A stretch of 64,000 nucleotides of DNA from a virus (IMGVR_UViG_3300029775_000166:19914-83913); one strand, 5' to 3'. Counted from the first letter of the stretch, positions 9,617 through 20,604 are shown. Numbers and translations are program-made. Notes: generated by a model not told the origin, from the sequence alone.

Positions 9617-11563
9617 ATGATTAATGCCAACGATAAAATTACAATTGATATTCATAAGAAAAATGAGTATGTATACATATATGCAAAACAATATGACCAA
9701 GATACACGAAAAGTAGAAGTCACAATAACAGATAATGATGAACCGATTGTATTACAAGAAGGTGCAAAGGCTAGAGTTCGTTATTCAAAAAGGGATAAAA
9801 AGGGCGGTTATATTGAAATTGAAAAAGCCGACATAATAAACAATGTAGTTTATCTAACGTTGACTCAGCAAATGTTAACTGCATCTGGAAAAGTAACTAT
9901 TGATATAGAGTTTTATGAATTTGTTACTGGTGAAGATGGTCATGTTACATATCATAATCTGTCTACTGCTACTTTTTATATTTATGTAGCCCCTGCGGCT
10001 ATTGATGAAAAAACAATAATATCATCAAATGAGTTCTCTGTTTTAGTTAATGCATTGGTAAGAACGGAAGAAGCTCTTGCAGAAGCAGAAGCTTTATTAC
10101 CAGTGATTCAAGAAGCAATAGATACTGCAAATTCTACTTTGGATACTATGAATAATCGTTTTGGTGAAATTGAGGAACAATGGCAATATATTCTTGATAC
10201 CACTGATGAATTAATTGAATCTTCCTTAGCTGCTCAGGAAGCTGCTAAACAGGCAGAACAAAGTAGAATAGACGCATCTGATTATGCTACCAATGCATCT
10301 AATTATGCCACTGATGCAAAAGCAAGTGCATTAAGTGCAAGCAATTATGCTGATATTGCTTATGCTCAAGCAGATCGAAGCCAATATTATGCAGAACAGG
10401 CTGAAGCTAGTGCTCTATTAGCGATTGATGCTAAGGGCACTACTATTAAAACACTAGCAGATTTTAATGCTAACATAGATAGTTTTAGAACAAAAAATGA
10501 ACTTATTGCAGAATCAGATTTAACAGCTAATTTGAAAAATAAAATAGACGGAAAAGCGTCTATTGAAAGTGTCAGATTAAAAGATGATCCTATTACTGAA
10601 GCAGACCTTGATTATGCTCTTGCTTTAAAAGTTAATAATGGAGGCGGCGGTGAAGGTGGAGGCGGCGGTATTATTGTTTCTGGTGCACAGATTGATGATA
10701 CTGAAGCTTCATACTCAAAAGTTTATTCATCTCAAAAGACAGTTAGTTATGTTACAACATCAATTGAAAGCGCTATAAGCGGTATTCAAGGATTATCTGA
10801 TAACAACTTTACTACAGCTGAAAAAATAAAATTATCTAGGATTGAGAATAGCGCAAATTATTATGTTCATCCTTTAACTCATCCTGCATCTATTATAACT
10901 ACCACTCCAGAGTTACAATTTATTTCGGAAGTTGAAAAAGAAAATTTTGCAGATAAATATACTAAAGATGAAGTTGATAATTTAATTGCGCAGATATCAT
11001 CCGGTATTATATGGAAACCAGACGTTCCACATTATTCAGATATTGCTATAGTATATCCTAATCCCGAGTTTAACTGGTGTGTTTCTACACAAGATGGTAC
11101 TTTCTTATATAATGGAGAAGAATGGATTAAAATTGGTTCTGGAACAATACCTATTGCTACCACTTCTGCTAATGGTTTAATGTCCGCCGCTGATAAAGCA
11201 AAACTTAATAATATAGAAGCAAATGCTAATAGGTATATACATCCATTAACACACTCAGCAGATATGATTATGGAATCTGAAACTAAACGATTTATTACTT
11301 CTGAAATGTATACCAAGATTGTTGAATTAGATGATTGGATAAACGGACTTTTAAGTGATTATAGATTAAAAACTGTTAAAATATTAGAGACTGATTTAGA
11401 TCAAGGCTTTTTGGATAAGGTAGCTAATGCTGGTGGTACTATTATTAACGACAATGTAATGTCACTAGCTACAACATATAGCTCTGCAAAGATAGAAAGC
11501 TTTGTAAATAATTTTGAAATTTCAGTTGTGGATGATGACGATATATTGAATTTATTTGCATAA
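9617..11563 (+). CDS. BppU-family upper baseplate/tail fibre protein
   Basis: N-terminal YAKQYDQDTRKVEVTI BppU-like domain; coiled coil; HPLTH and LSDNNFTTAEK fibre repeats. Confidence 0.75.
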   Translation: MINANDKITIDIHKKNEYVYIYAKQYDQDTRKVEVTITDNDEPIVLQEGAKARVRYSKRDKKGGYIEIEKADIINNVVYLTLTQQMLTASGKVTIDIEFYEFVTGEDGHVTYHNLSTATFYIYVAPAAIDEKTIISSNEFSVLVNALVRTEEALAEAEALLPVIQEAIDTANSTLDTMNNRFGEIEEQWQYILDTTDELIESSLAAQEAAKQAEQSRIDASDYATNASNYATDAKASALSASNYADIAYAQADRSQYYAEQAEASALLAIDAKGTTIKTLADFNANIDSFRTKNELIAESDLTANLKNKIDGKASIESVRLKDDPITEADLDYALALKVNNGGGGEGGGGGIIVSGAQIDDTEASYSKVYSSQKTVSYVTTSIESAISGIQGLSDNNFTTAEKIKLSRIENSANYYVHPLTHPASIITTTPELQFISEVEKENFADKYTKDEVDNLIAQISSGIIWKPDVPHYSDIAIVYPNPEFNWCVSTQDGTFLYNGEEWIKIGSGTIPIATTSANGLMSAADKAKLNNIEANANRYIHPLTHSADMIMESETKRFITSEMYTKIVELDDWINGLLSDYRLKTVKILETDLDQGFLDKVANAGGTIINDNVMSLATTYSSAKIESFVNNFEISVVDDDDILNLFA

Positions 11564-11578
11564 AATAATAACTTTATT

Positions 11579-11611
11579 AAATGAGAGAATGGCAATTTTC
11601 TCTCATTTTTT
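11579..11611 (+). terminator. Intrinsic terminator
   Basis: AAATGAGAGAA/TTTCTCTCATTT plus T-run. Confidence 0.6.
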
Positions 11612-11628
11612 AGTGAAGGGAGGAAAAC

Positions 11629-12930
11629 ATGGCTATTAAAAAATTATCTGAATTACAAAAAGTTATAGAATTTGATCAAGTAACTAAAATAGTAAATAAG
11701 TTAAAGGCTATGATTAATGGTAAGGCTGATAGCGAGCATACTCATAGTCCTAATGACATAGATGAAACTACTGAAAAAAAGTTCGTTTCTGATACTGAAA
11801 AGAATAAAATAGCTGCTATTAGTATTTCCGGTGATGGTACTAATTTTTTATCTGATGATGGTAATTATAAACCTGCCAATAGTTCAGTTTTGATTACTGA
11901 TGGAGATGGTCAATCGTATTTAGCCAATGATGGTACATATAAACCAATTGATATAAGTGCCACGATTGATGATATAAACATAGCTACTACTTCTACGTAT
12001 AGTTCAACTAAAATTGAAGAAAAACTAGGATTTAAAGTTGATGTAGATAATTGGCATGATCATGCTAATAAAGATCTTCTTGACGATATAACACTCGAAA
12101 GATTTACCGAATGGGATGTAAAAACTGCATTAGTTAAGTCAGATGGTGATGGTCAATCATTCTTAACAAATGACGGTACATATAAACCAATTGCAGGTAT
12201 TTCTAATCCCATTGATGATAGTAATGAAACTTCTGTTGATACTACTCTATCTGCTTCAAAAATAAATCAAAATATAGAAACTGCGGTATCAGATTTAGAG
12301 TTTGACGTAACGCAAAAATTAAATGGTAAAGTAGATGCTGAGATAGGTAAGGGATTATCAGAAAATAATTTTACCACAATTGAAAAAAATAAATTGGATC
12401 TTATTAAAACTGATGGTAGCCCAAAAGAGTTTTTTGCTAGGGATGGTTCATATTATGAAATTAATAATGTAGGGATTAATGATAAATCTCCTACTAACAT
12501 TACTTCATACAGTGGAAGCTATATAGAAAAAAGGATTAATGATGGTATTTTAAATTTAGTGTTGCCAACTCAGAATGACGCTCCCACTATGTGGAAGAAG
12601 AATTTTCAAAACGTTACTGCTGGCGATGTACTTGAGTTGCAAACATCATTTAATTTCAACATTAATAATGCAATTATTCAAGTGTACAAATTTATTGCTG
12701 GTAAAACAGGATTAACAAAAGTAATAAGTGATTTTAAGAGCGGAGAAGCGCAAAATTATATCTACAATTCTGATAATGTAGAATTCTCTGATGTAAATAG
12801 CGGACAGGTTAAAATAAAGGATAACTATACGATTCCTATAAGTATTAATGAAGATGGATTTTATGAAACACAGTTAATATCTAAATCTGATTATATTGAT
12901 ATTGATAGTTTTAATGTGATAGTGAGGTGA
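11629..12930 (+). CDS. Tail fibre protein with internal repeats
   Basis: Four GDG..FL.DDG.YKP-like repeats and YSS.KIE repeats. Confidence 0.65.
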   Translation: MAIKKLSELQKVIEFDQVTKIVNKLKAMINGKADSEHTHSPNDIDETTEKKFVSDTEKNKIAAISISGDGTNFLSDDGNYKPANSSVLITDGDGQSYLANDGTYKPIDISATIDDINIATTSTYSSTKIEEKLGFKVDVDNWHDHANKDLLDDITLERFTEWDVKTALVKSDGDGQSFLTNDGTYKPIAGISNPIDDSNETSVDTTLSASKINQNIETAVSDLEFDVTQKLNGKVDAEIGKGLSENNFTTIEKNKLDLIKTDGSPKEFFARDGSYYEINNVGINDKSPTNITSYSGSYIEKRINDGILNLVLPTQNDAPTMWKKNFQNVTAGDVLELQTSFNFNINNAIIQVYKFIAGKTGLTKVISDFKSGEAQNYIYNSDNVEFSDVNSGQVKIKDNYTIPISINEDGFYETQLISKSDYIDIDSFNVIVR

Positions 12931-12934
12931 TGAT

Positions 12935-14377
12935 ATGGAATATACAGAGATAAAATATGTTGACGTAATTAATGGTGAGGATATTATTGAAAACGGGACT
13001 GAAAGCAATCCATATCATACAATATCATATTGTGTATCGCAATTATCAACTACAAATCCGTTAGTGTATATTAGTAGCGGTTCTTATACAATAGACAATA
13101 TTCTTACATTAAAAGTAGTTGGCAAAACTATAACATATATTGGGACTGGAAGAGATACCATTATTAATATTAATAATGGTATATTGGCTAATCAAGAAGG
13201 GAAATTCATTATATTTTCTTGTGTGTTAACACCATCTGAAACTTCAACAATGTCTTATATAATTGGACGTGACAATTATCCTTATGGCACAAAAGATGTA
13301 AAAGACTGGTATTATAATGTAGCTTTTCTAAGTAGGGAAAAATACCCAAGTGTTTTTTTTGGTGGAAATGTTAAACTGTATCCAATGACACATTTAGGGT
13401 TTTTCAATTGTTCATTTATAGGTGCTCGTTGTGGTATAAATACATCCAATACAATTCAACATTGTGCCGTAACACAATCAAGTCCGGTATATGGTGATGA
13501 ACGTATGCTTTTAAACTGCACATTTAACGATGATTACCTTATTTCAGATGAAACTGGTGTAGGAGCTGAAATAAATAATACTTATGGTGTGTATAGCGGT
13601 GATTATGCATGGATGGCTTTATTATTAAAGCAAGACGGTAAATATTATTCTATTTATGACAAGTTTTATAATATTACTAATGCTGAATATACCCCACTAC
13701 AATCATGTGATTTTACTTATCAATTTAGTCTGTCAAAATTATTTGATACTGTCACAATAGGATTAGAAACTTTTAAACCAATAGATAAATTTGATGACTT
13801 TTCTATAGTTTTACCAGTTGTAAGAGCTAATAACATTGTTAATATTAATGCCATTAAATCAAATAAAGAATTAATTGTACAGTCATTTGACATAAATACT
13901 TCTTTAATTGATAATATAAATTCATTAATAGCAATTGTAGATATACCTGAAAATTCAAATATTAAATTTGTTTTTTCAAGTGATATGGGTGATACATGGA
14001 TGACAATTATAGATAGGGAAGTAATAGAAACAGATTGCGTTATACCAAAAAAGAGATATCAAGAGTTTACAAATGAAGATGAACTTTATTTTAATGCTGC
14101 CAAGGAAACAATAGATGAAGTTGGATTCGCTAGTGATGTGTTATTAACATTTGATTGGAATAGCTTAGACTTAGAGAAATTGCGTTTTGCATATGTATTT
14201 ACTACTGATAAATATATCAATAATCCATCTATGCAAAAGTTGGCTATAAATTATGATGAAAAAGGGTTTATGCAGGAAATGAAAGATTCTGAGTGTGATA
14301 TTGAAGTTTTTGATCATACTGTAAAAGTAAAATCTAATATTTCTAATCCATTAATTGAAGCTGATATTATAATATAG
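12935..14377 (+). CDS. Tail fibre/adhesin module protein (paralog A)
   Basis: Shares ETF.PIDKFDDFSI, FS.D.G.TW and RFAY motifs with the next ORF. Confidence 0.55.
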   Translation: MEYTEIKYVDVINGEDIIENGTESNPYHTISYCVSQLSTTNPLVYISSGSYTIDNILTLKVVGKTITYIGTGRDTIININNGILANQEGKFIIFSCVLTPSETSTMSYIIGRDNYPYGTKDVKDWYYNVAFLSREKYPSVFFGGNVKLYPMTHLGFFNCSFIGARCGINTSNTIQHCAVTQSSPVYGDERMLLNCTFNDDYLISDETGVGAEINNTYGVYSGDYAWMALLLKQDGKYYSIYDKFYNITNAEYTPLQSCDFTYQFSLSKLFDTVTIGLETFKPIDKFDDFSIVLPVVRANNIVNINAIKSNKELIVQSFDINTSLIDNINSLIAIVDIPENSNIKFVFSSDMGDTWMTIIDREVIETDCVIPKKRYQEFTNEDELYFNAAKETIDEVGFASDVLLTFDWNSLDLEKLRFAYVFTTDKYINNPSMQKLAINYDEKGFMQEMKDSECDIEVFDHTVKVKSNISNPLIEADIII

Positions 14378-14390
14378 GGAGGTATCATGA

Positions 14391-15539
14391 ATGCATTATT
14401 TATTAAAAAGCAATGGTTTATATTATGATACCTCTAATAGTTCATATAACACTTCAACTAAAATGTATGATGGTGTACCAAATGATGAAGGGTTTGATAT
14501 TACTAATTGGTTAAAGACTTCTACGCTTCAATTAGAAAATCTTTTTATTGAAACAACTATAGGTGAAGAAACCTTTAGACCTATAGATAAATTTGATGAT
14601 TTTAGTATTATATGTGATGAAAACATAGATATGTCTATTCAAGGTATTAAATCAGATGCTGAGTTGCTTGTATTGAATACTGATATAATGATTGATAGTT
14701 CTCAGATTGGACATATTAACGGTTTAAATATTCAAGGAGCAGATACGAATAAATTAGTATTCTCTTTTGACAAGGGTATAACATGGAAATCATATAATAA
14801 TGGTTTTATTAATTTAGCTACTATTCCACCCGTTGGAAATTATAATGATTTTAATGCAGATGAATTAAATCAATGGAATACTTTTTTAAATGAAGTACAG
14901 ATTTATGGAATTAATTTAAACAGTTTATCTGGTATTGATTTTTCATCAATTAATTTTGATACTATTCGATTTGCTTATATTATAAATCGTGAAAAATATA
15001 ATACCATTTCAACAATTGATAAAATTACTTTATCATATGATGAATTAGCACACCTTATCAAAGCTAAAAATAATGAGATAGATATAAGACGCTATCCTAA
15101 AAATATAATAGCGTTACCTTTATTTGATACAAGTTTTGCTGAAATGAGAGTATTAACACATGAGGTATATGATACTGGTCAAGAAGATAATAGAATTGTT
15201 TTGGATGCGCCTATATTAGTAGTAGAATATTCAGATGAAAATAAACAAGTTAGTTTATCGTGGAATGCTGTTAATAATTGTGATTATTATAAGTTGTACA
15301 TGAATGGTACTATAATTTATGAAGGCAGCAACTTGAATTATGTATATAGTATAGCAAAACGTGATAGTTATACTTTTGCTGTTAGGGCATTTTCAAATGA
15401 TGTGACAAAATATATACAATCTGATTTTAGTAATATATTTACTGTGGATTTATATAGATATTTAGCTACTGCTAATAATAAATATATTGTAATACGTAAA
15501 AATGGTGTGGATTATAAATTTTTATCAAAGAAATCTTAA
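14391..15539 (+). CDS. Tail module protein (paralog B) with C-terminal FN3-like domain
   Basis: Shared motifs; LSWNAV..CDYYKLY..YTFAVRA FN3 pattern. Confidence 0.55.
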   Translation: MHYLLKSNGLYYDTSNSSYNTSTKMYDGVPNDEGFDITNWLKTSTLQLENLFIETTIGEETFRPIDKFDDFSIICDENIDMSIQGIKSDAELLVLNTDIMIDSSQIGHINGLNIQGADTNKLVFSFDKGITWKSYNNGFINLATIPPVGNYNDFNADELNQWNTFLNEVQIYGINLNSLSGIDFSSINFDTIRFAYIINREKYNTISTIDKITLSYDELAHLIKAKNNEIDIRRYPKNIIALPLFDTSFAEMRVLTHEVYDTGQEDNRIVLDAPILVVEYSDENKQVSLSWNAVNNCDYYKLYMNGTIIYEGSNLNYVYSIAKRDSYTFAVRAFSNDVTKYIQSDFSNIFTVDLYRYLATANNKYIVIRKNGVDYKFLSKKS

Positions 15540-15600
15540 GAGGTGTTAAGATGTTAATGCCTCTTATTTTTATACAAGATTAATATAAGAAAGGATAAAT

Positions 15601-17541
15601 ATGGCTGATACTTTTATAACAATAGGTGATTTAGAATTGGTAAACATTCTCCAAGATCATTATAAATTGCTGATAGATGATTCTACTAATGGTGATACAA
15701 AGGCTGCACTTGTAAGTGTATTAAGAGATTATTTAGCTGAACATATTAAACCATCTATAGATAAAACTACATATCATTGGCTTATAGGTGATACTGATAC
15801 AGGGATTGTAGCAAGTGGCATTGAATTGAGATATGAACATCCAATGGTTCAATACTGTATTAGCGGAACAGATGATTGGGTAGATTTATTTGATATTACT
15901 GTATTACTTCCAAATGTAGAAATTGATAATGAAACATTATGCTGGAAAATCAATGGTGTATTAACTGATAAGAGTGCTGTAAATGCACGTATAAATTCTA
16001 TGAATGGAAATGTGTCTATTATTGGTACAGATGGCATAGTAATTAAAAATAATGAGGAAAATAATACAATTACCATTAGCCGTACAGATGAATATGACAA
16101 TGGTATTCCTCCAGCTGATGTATCCAATAAAAAAGTTATTGCAGGTAAGGGTCAAGTAACTATTAAATGGAGTGATCCTTTGGATTTAATAGATGATGAA
16201 GGAATTATATATTCTATATGGGATCATACTACGCTTGTGCGTAAGATAGGTAGCTATCCTGTTGATGTTAATGATGGTACTGTATTAGTTACAAATTATA
16301 CTCGGGATCAATATACTGAAAACGGATATATAGATTCTGGGCTTACTAATGGTATTACATATTATTATAAATTATTTATTTACGCTCAGGATGGTTCAGT
16401 GAATAGAAACCCTCAAAATAATATGATAGGGTTACCAATAAAAGATGAAACATATAAAATATATGGTGTTCGAATTGATGAGACAAACTCAAATCCTGAA
16501 ACAGCTTTGGAATATACGGATGATGCTATTGGGATGGAAGCTGGAAGTGATGATTGGGATGATACTTTAATTTATACAAATATACGACCTTGTTTACTTA
16601 AAGATGGAGTCGTTAATTATTATTTAAATAAAGATGATTATAATTATAAAGCGAATGGTATAGATCCAGCAGATATTACTAGTGGTAATGATGGTGATGT
16701 TATGGTTGAAATTCCTAAAATAGCATATATGATTTATAGAGAAGGCAATTATTTATATATAAAAATCACAGATAACCCAAAAGCTAAGATGCTTGATGAT
16801 AGATTCTGTTTTTATGCTCATACAAGGGAAAAAGAAGGAGATAGAGAAAAATTATATATTAGTGCTTATGGTGGTAGCCTTATAGATGGTAAATTAAGAA
16901 GTTTAAGTGGTAAAGTACAAACATCGAGTCAAACAATAGGTACATTTAGAACTCAAGCGCAAAATAATGGGAATGGCTATAATATATTGTCGTTTTATCC
17001 CATTACTTTGATTCAATGTTTATATTTAATTAAATATAAAAACTTAAATTCACAATCAGTAATTGGTAATGGTGCTAGTGGGAATACTGGTACATTAGAT
17101 ACTAAGGGATTTACTTATGGTATTCCAAAGACTAATGGTAAAATTAAATTATTTGGTATTGAAGATTTATGGGGGAATATATGGTGTTGGGTTGATGGTA
17201 TTATGACTAACGCAAATTGGCAAGTTATGACGGCATTAAATAGTTTTAATGATAATGGTGATAATTATACTACCTATCCTAATGTATTACCTTCTATTAA
17301 TGGATCATTTATAAAAACTGTTCAAGGTATTAGAGAACTTGGGTTTTTGCCTAATACCAAAGGTGGTTCTACTACTACATACTATTGCGATGCTTCATAT
17401 ATTATGCCTTCACAACTTTGCGCTTTTGGTGGGTATTCGGGTAGTGGTGTTGTCTCTGCTGGTGGTGCTTTCTGCTGGAATCTGACTTACTCTGCTTCTA
17501 ATTCGCTTTCGTATCTTGGCGCTCGCTTAATGTATTTATAA
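15601..17541 (+). CDS. Receptor-binding protein with C-type-lectin-fold C-terminus (DGR target type)
   Basis: FN3-like domain, then LFGIEDLWGNIWCWVDG and terminal FGG..GAFCWNL..S.S..LGARLMYL typical of DGR targets. Confidence 0.8.
   Translation: MADTFITIGDLELVNILQDHYKLLIDDSTNGDTKAALVSVLRDYLAEHIKPSIDKTTYHWLIGDTDTGIVASGIELRYEHPMVQYCISGTDDWVDLFDITVLLPNVEIDNETLCWKINGVLTDKSAVNARINSMNGNVSIIGTDGIVIKNNEENNTITISRTDEYDNGIPPADVSNKKVIAGKGQVTIKWSDPLDLIDDEGIIYSIWDHTTLVRKIGSYPVDVNDGTVLVTNYTRDQYTENGYIDSGLTNGITYYYKLFIYAQDGSVNRNPQNNMIGLPIKDETYKIYGVRIDETNSNPETALEYTDDAIGMEAGSDDWDDTLIYTNIRPCLLKDGVVNYYLNKDDYNYKANGIDPADITSGNDGDVMVEIPKIAYMIYREGNYLYIKITDNPKAKMLDDRFCFYAHTREKEGDREKLYISAYGGSLIDGKLRSLSGKVQTSSQTIGTFRTQAQNNGNGYNILSFYPITLIQCLYLIKYKNLNSQSVIGNGASGNTGTLDTKGFTYGIPKTNGKIKLFGIEDLWGNIWCWVDGIMTNANWQVMTALNSFNDNGDNYTTYPNVLPSINGSFIKTVQGIRELGFLPNTKGGSTTTYYCDASYIMPSQLCAFGGYSGSGVVSAGGAFCWNLTYSASNSLSYLGARLMYL
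17417..17541 (+). other. DGR variable region (VR)
   Basis: 9 A in 112 nt and about 49% GC (17417-17528) in an AT-rich genome; at the extreme C-terminus of a CLec-type protein. Confidence 0.75.
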
Positions 17542-17651
17542 ATATTTAATATACTTTAATTGCCTTACCTCTTGGTAAAATATAAAACAACATAAAACTG
17601 TATTAATATAAATTTCGTATACTAATAAATATTAATGGAGGTAGATATACA

Positions 17652-17945
17652 TTGATAAATTATGTTAAAAACGTAAATGGTTATATAGATATTTTAAAAA
17701 TTATCAACAATAGAAATGTTGAATTTAATAAAGATACGGTATATATTCGTTCCAATATTAAACAATCAGAAGATAATCCTGAGTTGTTTATATATGATGA
17801 AATACAGATGACATACGATGAATATGAAAAGTCTAAAGACAAATATATAATTGAAGATTTAGATGGAGAAATAGCTACACTTAAATCAGAGAATGATTTA
17901 TTGAAAGGTTGCATTATGGAATTAGCTGATGTTGTATTCGCTTAA
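17652..17945 (+). CDS. Small tail-fibre-associated protein
   Basis: TTG start after GGAGG; C-terminal LLKGCIMELAD pattern seen after fibre genes. Confidence 0.55.
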   Translation: MINYVKNVNGYIDILKIINNRNVEFNKDTVYIRSNIKQSEDNPELFIYDEIQMTYDEYEKSKDKYIIEDLDGEIATLKSENDLLKGCIMELADVVFA

Positions 17946-17991
17946 GTAATTTTAAGTTATCAATTCTAAGTTACGGCAGAAAGGAGGATTC

Positions 17992-18129
17992 ATGTTAGTT
18001 AAGTTATATGCTATTGAGATCATTAATAGTAATGGTGAATTTACTATTGACAATGTACCGGCAAAGCTTAAACAAGGTGTAATTGATTATTTGTCTAAGT
18101 TAGGATATGAAGAATTAGATAGGAATTAA
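17992..18129 (+). CDS. CD1375/XkdX-like small protein (45 aa, not in ORF track)
   Basis: AAGGAGG RBS; MLVKLYA...TIDNVPAKLKQGV. Confidence 0.7.
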   Translation: MLVKLYAIEIINSNGEFTIDNVPAKLKQGVIDYLSKLGYEELDRN

Positions 18130-18159
18130 ATGAAGTATTTAAAGTAATATTAAATAATC

Positions 18160-18265
18160 ATAAAAAGAGCTATTACTATGCCATTCCGTAACAACAATAG
18201 TGATAGCTCTTATACTATACAAATAGTATGGTTCAAGTATATATCATTATCATGCTGTTTGTCAA
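18160..18265 (-). ncRNA. Candidate antisense small RNA with own promoter and terminator
   Basis: Minus-strand TTGACA..TATACT, hairpin 18211-18230, 15-bp stem 18165-18179/18197-18211 plus T-run. Confidence 0.45.
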
Positions 18266-18304
18266 ATATTTAAATGACTGAAAGGGACTGGTGAAATATG
18301 CGAT

Positions 18305-18754
18305 ATGGAGTGGATAAACGAATTAAGTAAAATTGGATTGCCTACAATTATAGCGGTTGTAGTAGGAGTGTTTGTACTTATTAAAGGAGCAGTATCAATT
18401 GCGAAAGAATGTCATAAGAAGTTTTTATATCTTTACAATCGTAAGAAAAAAAATGATGATTTAGTTAATGATATATCGGTTCACGATAATGAAATATCAT
18501 TGATTAATAAAAAAATAGATGCACTTACAGAAACCATTCATGAAAGAAATAAAATTGATGATAAGTATAATAGAGATACCGCTAGAGTTGTACTACTTGA
18601 CATGTATGAAAAGGTAAAGCAGCAGGGACATATAACCATGATTCAAAAAGAAGCTTATGATGAATTATATGTTAGTTATAAAAACAAACATGGTAATGGA
18701 CTTTTTGAAAAAACAATAGATCCCTTTATTCAAAGTTTGGATGTCGTAGATTAG
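18305..18754 (+). CDS. Lysis-module membrane protein (single N-terminal TM)
   Basis: TM helix then coiled coil; precedes holins. Confidence 0.55.
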   Translation: MEWINELSKIGLPTIIAVVVGVFVLIKGAVSIAKECHKKFLYLYNRKKKNDDLVNDISVHDNEISLINKKIDALTETIHERNKIDDKYNRDTARVVLLDMYEKVKQQGHITMIQKEAYDELYVSYKNKHGNGLFEKTIDPFIQSLDVVD

Positions 18755-18770
18755 TAGATTAGGTGATAGC

Positions 18771-19037
18771 ATGAAAAAGAGAATTGAAACCAGTAAGTTG
18801 ATTTTGCTAGTCAGTTATTCAATAGCTATAATGCTTACCATTTTGTGTATTATAGGAACTTTTAAACAAATTGATATTTCAGATTTAAAAGAAATCACTA
18901 TTGTGAGTTGGGGCGAAGTTACAGCCGCCAACTCTTTTTATTATATTAAAAGTCGTACTGAAAACAAATTAAAAATTTACAAATCTTTTTCTAAAGATGT
19001 AAGGGAACAAATTGATTTAAACCAGATTATAAATTAA
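18771..19037 (+). CDS. Holin-like two-TM protein
   Basis: Two hydrophobic segments; position. Confidence 0.55.
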   Translation: MKKRIETSKLILLVSYSIAIMLTILCIIGTFKQIDISDLKEITIVSWGEVTAANSFYYIKSRTENKLKIYKSFSKDVREQIDLNQIIN

Positions 19038-19050
19038 GGAGGATTTTATT

Positions 19051-19458
19051 ATGAATGAACTTTTACAAAACTTATTATATATAGTGCTTACCGCATGTGT
19101 TCCTATTATTGTTACAAGTGCTATTAATTATTTAAAAGCTAAACGTGCTGAGAAACTGCAAAAACTTGATAATGATTACATCAAAGATGTTATTTTAGAT
19201 ACAACTGATATAATATTAAACGCTGTAGACACAGTGTCACAGGTTTATGTTGATGATTTAAAAAAGGAAGGTAAGTTTGATGATGACAAGCAGAAAGAAG
19301 CTCTAAATAAGGCTTTAACGCAAGCTAAAATGCTTATTAATGAAGAGGCTAGTGAACTGATTGTTGAACAGTATAATAACTTAGACGTTTGGATTAGAAG
19401 TATTATAGAATCTTATATTTCCAGCAAGAAAGATAAAAACGTTAAGAAGATAGTTTAA
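19051..19458 (+). CDS. Phage holin (LL-H-like)
   Basis: One N-terminal TM; AVDTVSQVYVDDLKKEG motif; precedes endolysin. Confidence 0.65.
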   Translation: MNELLQNLLYIVLTACVPIIVTSAINYLKAKRAEKLQKLDNDYIKDVILDTTDIILNAVDTVSQVYVDDLKKEGKFDDDKQKEALNKALTQAKMLINEEASELIVEQYNNLDVWIRSIIESYISSKKDKNVKKIV

Positions 19459-19577
19459 TAAAATGCATGTTTAATTCAAAAATACTAATTACATATTTTA
19501 GATCATTTAATTATTTTTTGGGAGTGTTGTAGCTTTATAGCCACTACTCTCTTATTTTTATTGGAAGGAGAACATAT

Positions 19578-20459
19578 ATGAGCAAGTGCACAGCCAAAGA
19601 TTTAATTAAGGTTGCAGAAAAATACGTTGGATATCTAGAAAAAAAAAGTAATAAGCAGTTAGATAGTTTGACTGATAATGCCGGCAAAGGCAATTATACT
19701 CGTTTTGCTAGAGAATATTATAATTTTGCAGGAGTTAATTTACAAGGTCAAGCGTGGTGCGATATGTTCGTGGATACCTGCTTTGTTGAAGCTTTTGGTA
19801 CTAAAAAAGCAAAAGAGTTATTAGGTGGATTTAGTGCATACACTCCTACATCTGCATTGTATTATCAAAAAATGAATAGATGGTATGCCTCTAATCCTAA
19901 AGTTGGCGATCAAATATTCTTTAAAAGTTCCACTAGAATAAATCATACTGGTATCGTTTATAAAGTAACATCTTCCACTGTCTATACCATTGAAGGGAAT
20001 ACTTCTGGTGGTAAAGATGTTGTTGCTAATGGCGGTGGAGTATTTGAGAAAGAATACAGTCTTAAAAACTCTAGGATTGCTGGCTATGGTAGACCTAATT
20101 ATGATAAAGAAGAAAAACCTAAGAATGACGAAAAGGCAGAAAAACCAGATACAAAATTAGTATACGATTATTACACTGTCAAGCCTGGAGATACATTATC
20201 TAAAATTGCCCGTAAATATAATACCACAGTAGACAAACTGGTTAAGCTAAATAATATTAAGAATGCCAATGTAATTAACATAGGTCAGAAGCTGAAGGTT
20301 AGTACATATAGTGTATACAAAGTGGTTAAAGGCGACAGTTTAAGTAAAATTGCTAAAAACTTATTAGGTAATGCAAATAGATATAAAGAGATTATGGAGT
20401 ACAATAGACTAAAAAGTACGGTAATTCATGTGGGGGATGAATTAAAGATTCCTATGTAA
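19578..20459 (+). CDS. Endolysin, CHAP domain plus two LysM
   Basis: AWCDMFV..HTGIV..TIEGNT CHAP; [13 protein letters not shown] and [13 protein letters not shown] LysM. Confidence 0.9.
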   Translation: MSKCTAKDLIKVAEKYVGYLEKKSNKQLDSLTDNAGKGNYTRFAREYYNFAGVNLQGQAWCDMFVDTCFVEAFGTKKAKELLGGFSAYTPTSALYYQKMNRWYASNPKVGDQIFFKSSTRINHTGIVYKVTSSTVYTIEGNTSGGKDVVANGGGVFEKEYSLKNSRIAGYGRPNYDKEEKPKNDEKAEKPDTKLVYDYYTVKPGDTLSKIARKYNTTVDKLVKLNNIKNANVINIGQKLKVSTYSVYKVVKGDSLSKIAKNLLGNANRYKEIMEYNRLKSTVIHVGDELKIPM

Positions 20460-20542
20460 AAGTACCGAAAGATTAAAAAGAAATGAGTTAATAGCTCAAA
20501 TAAATTTTGAATTTTAGGGTATGAAATCCCAACAAAAAAGTA

Positions 20543-20575
20543 AGGGTTAGATTGAAAGTCTAACCCTATTTTTTT
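20543..20575. terminator. Terminator ending the late operon
   Basis: AGGGTTAGA/TCTAACCCT stem plus T-run. Confidence 0.7.
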
Positions 20576-20604
20576 ACATTTTACTTTTTATTTGTTATTC
20601 ATTA

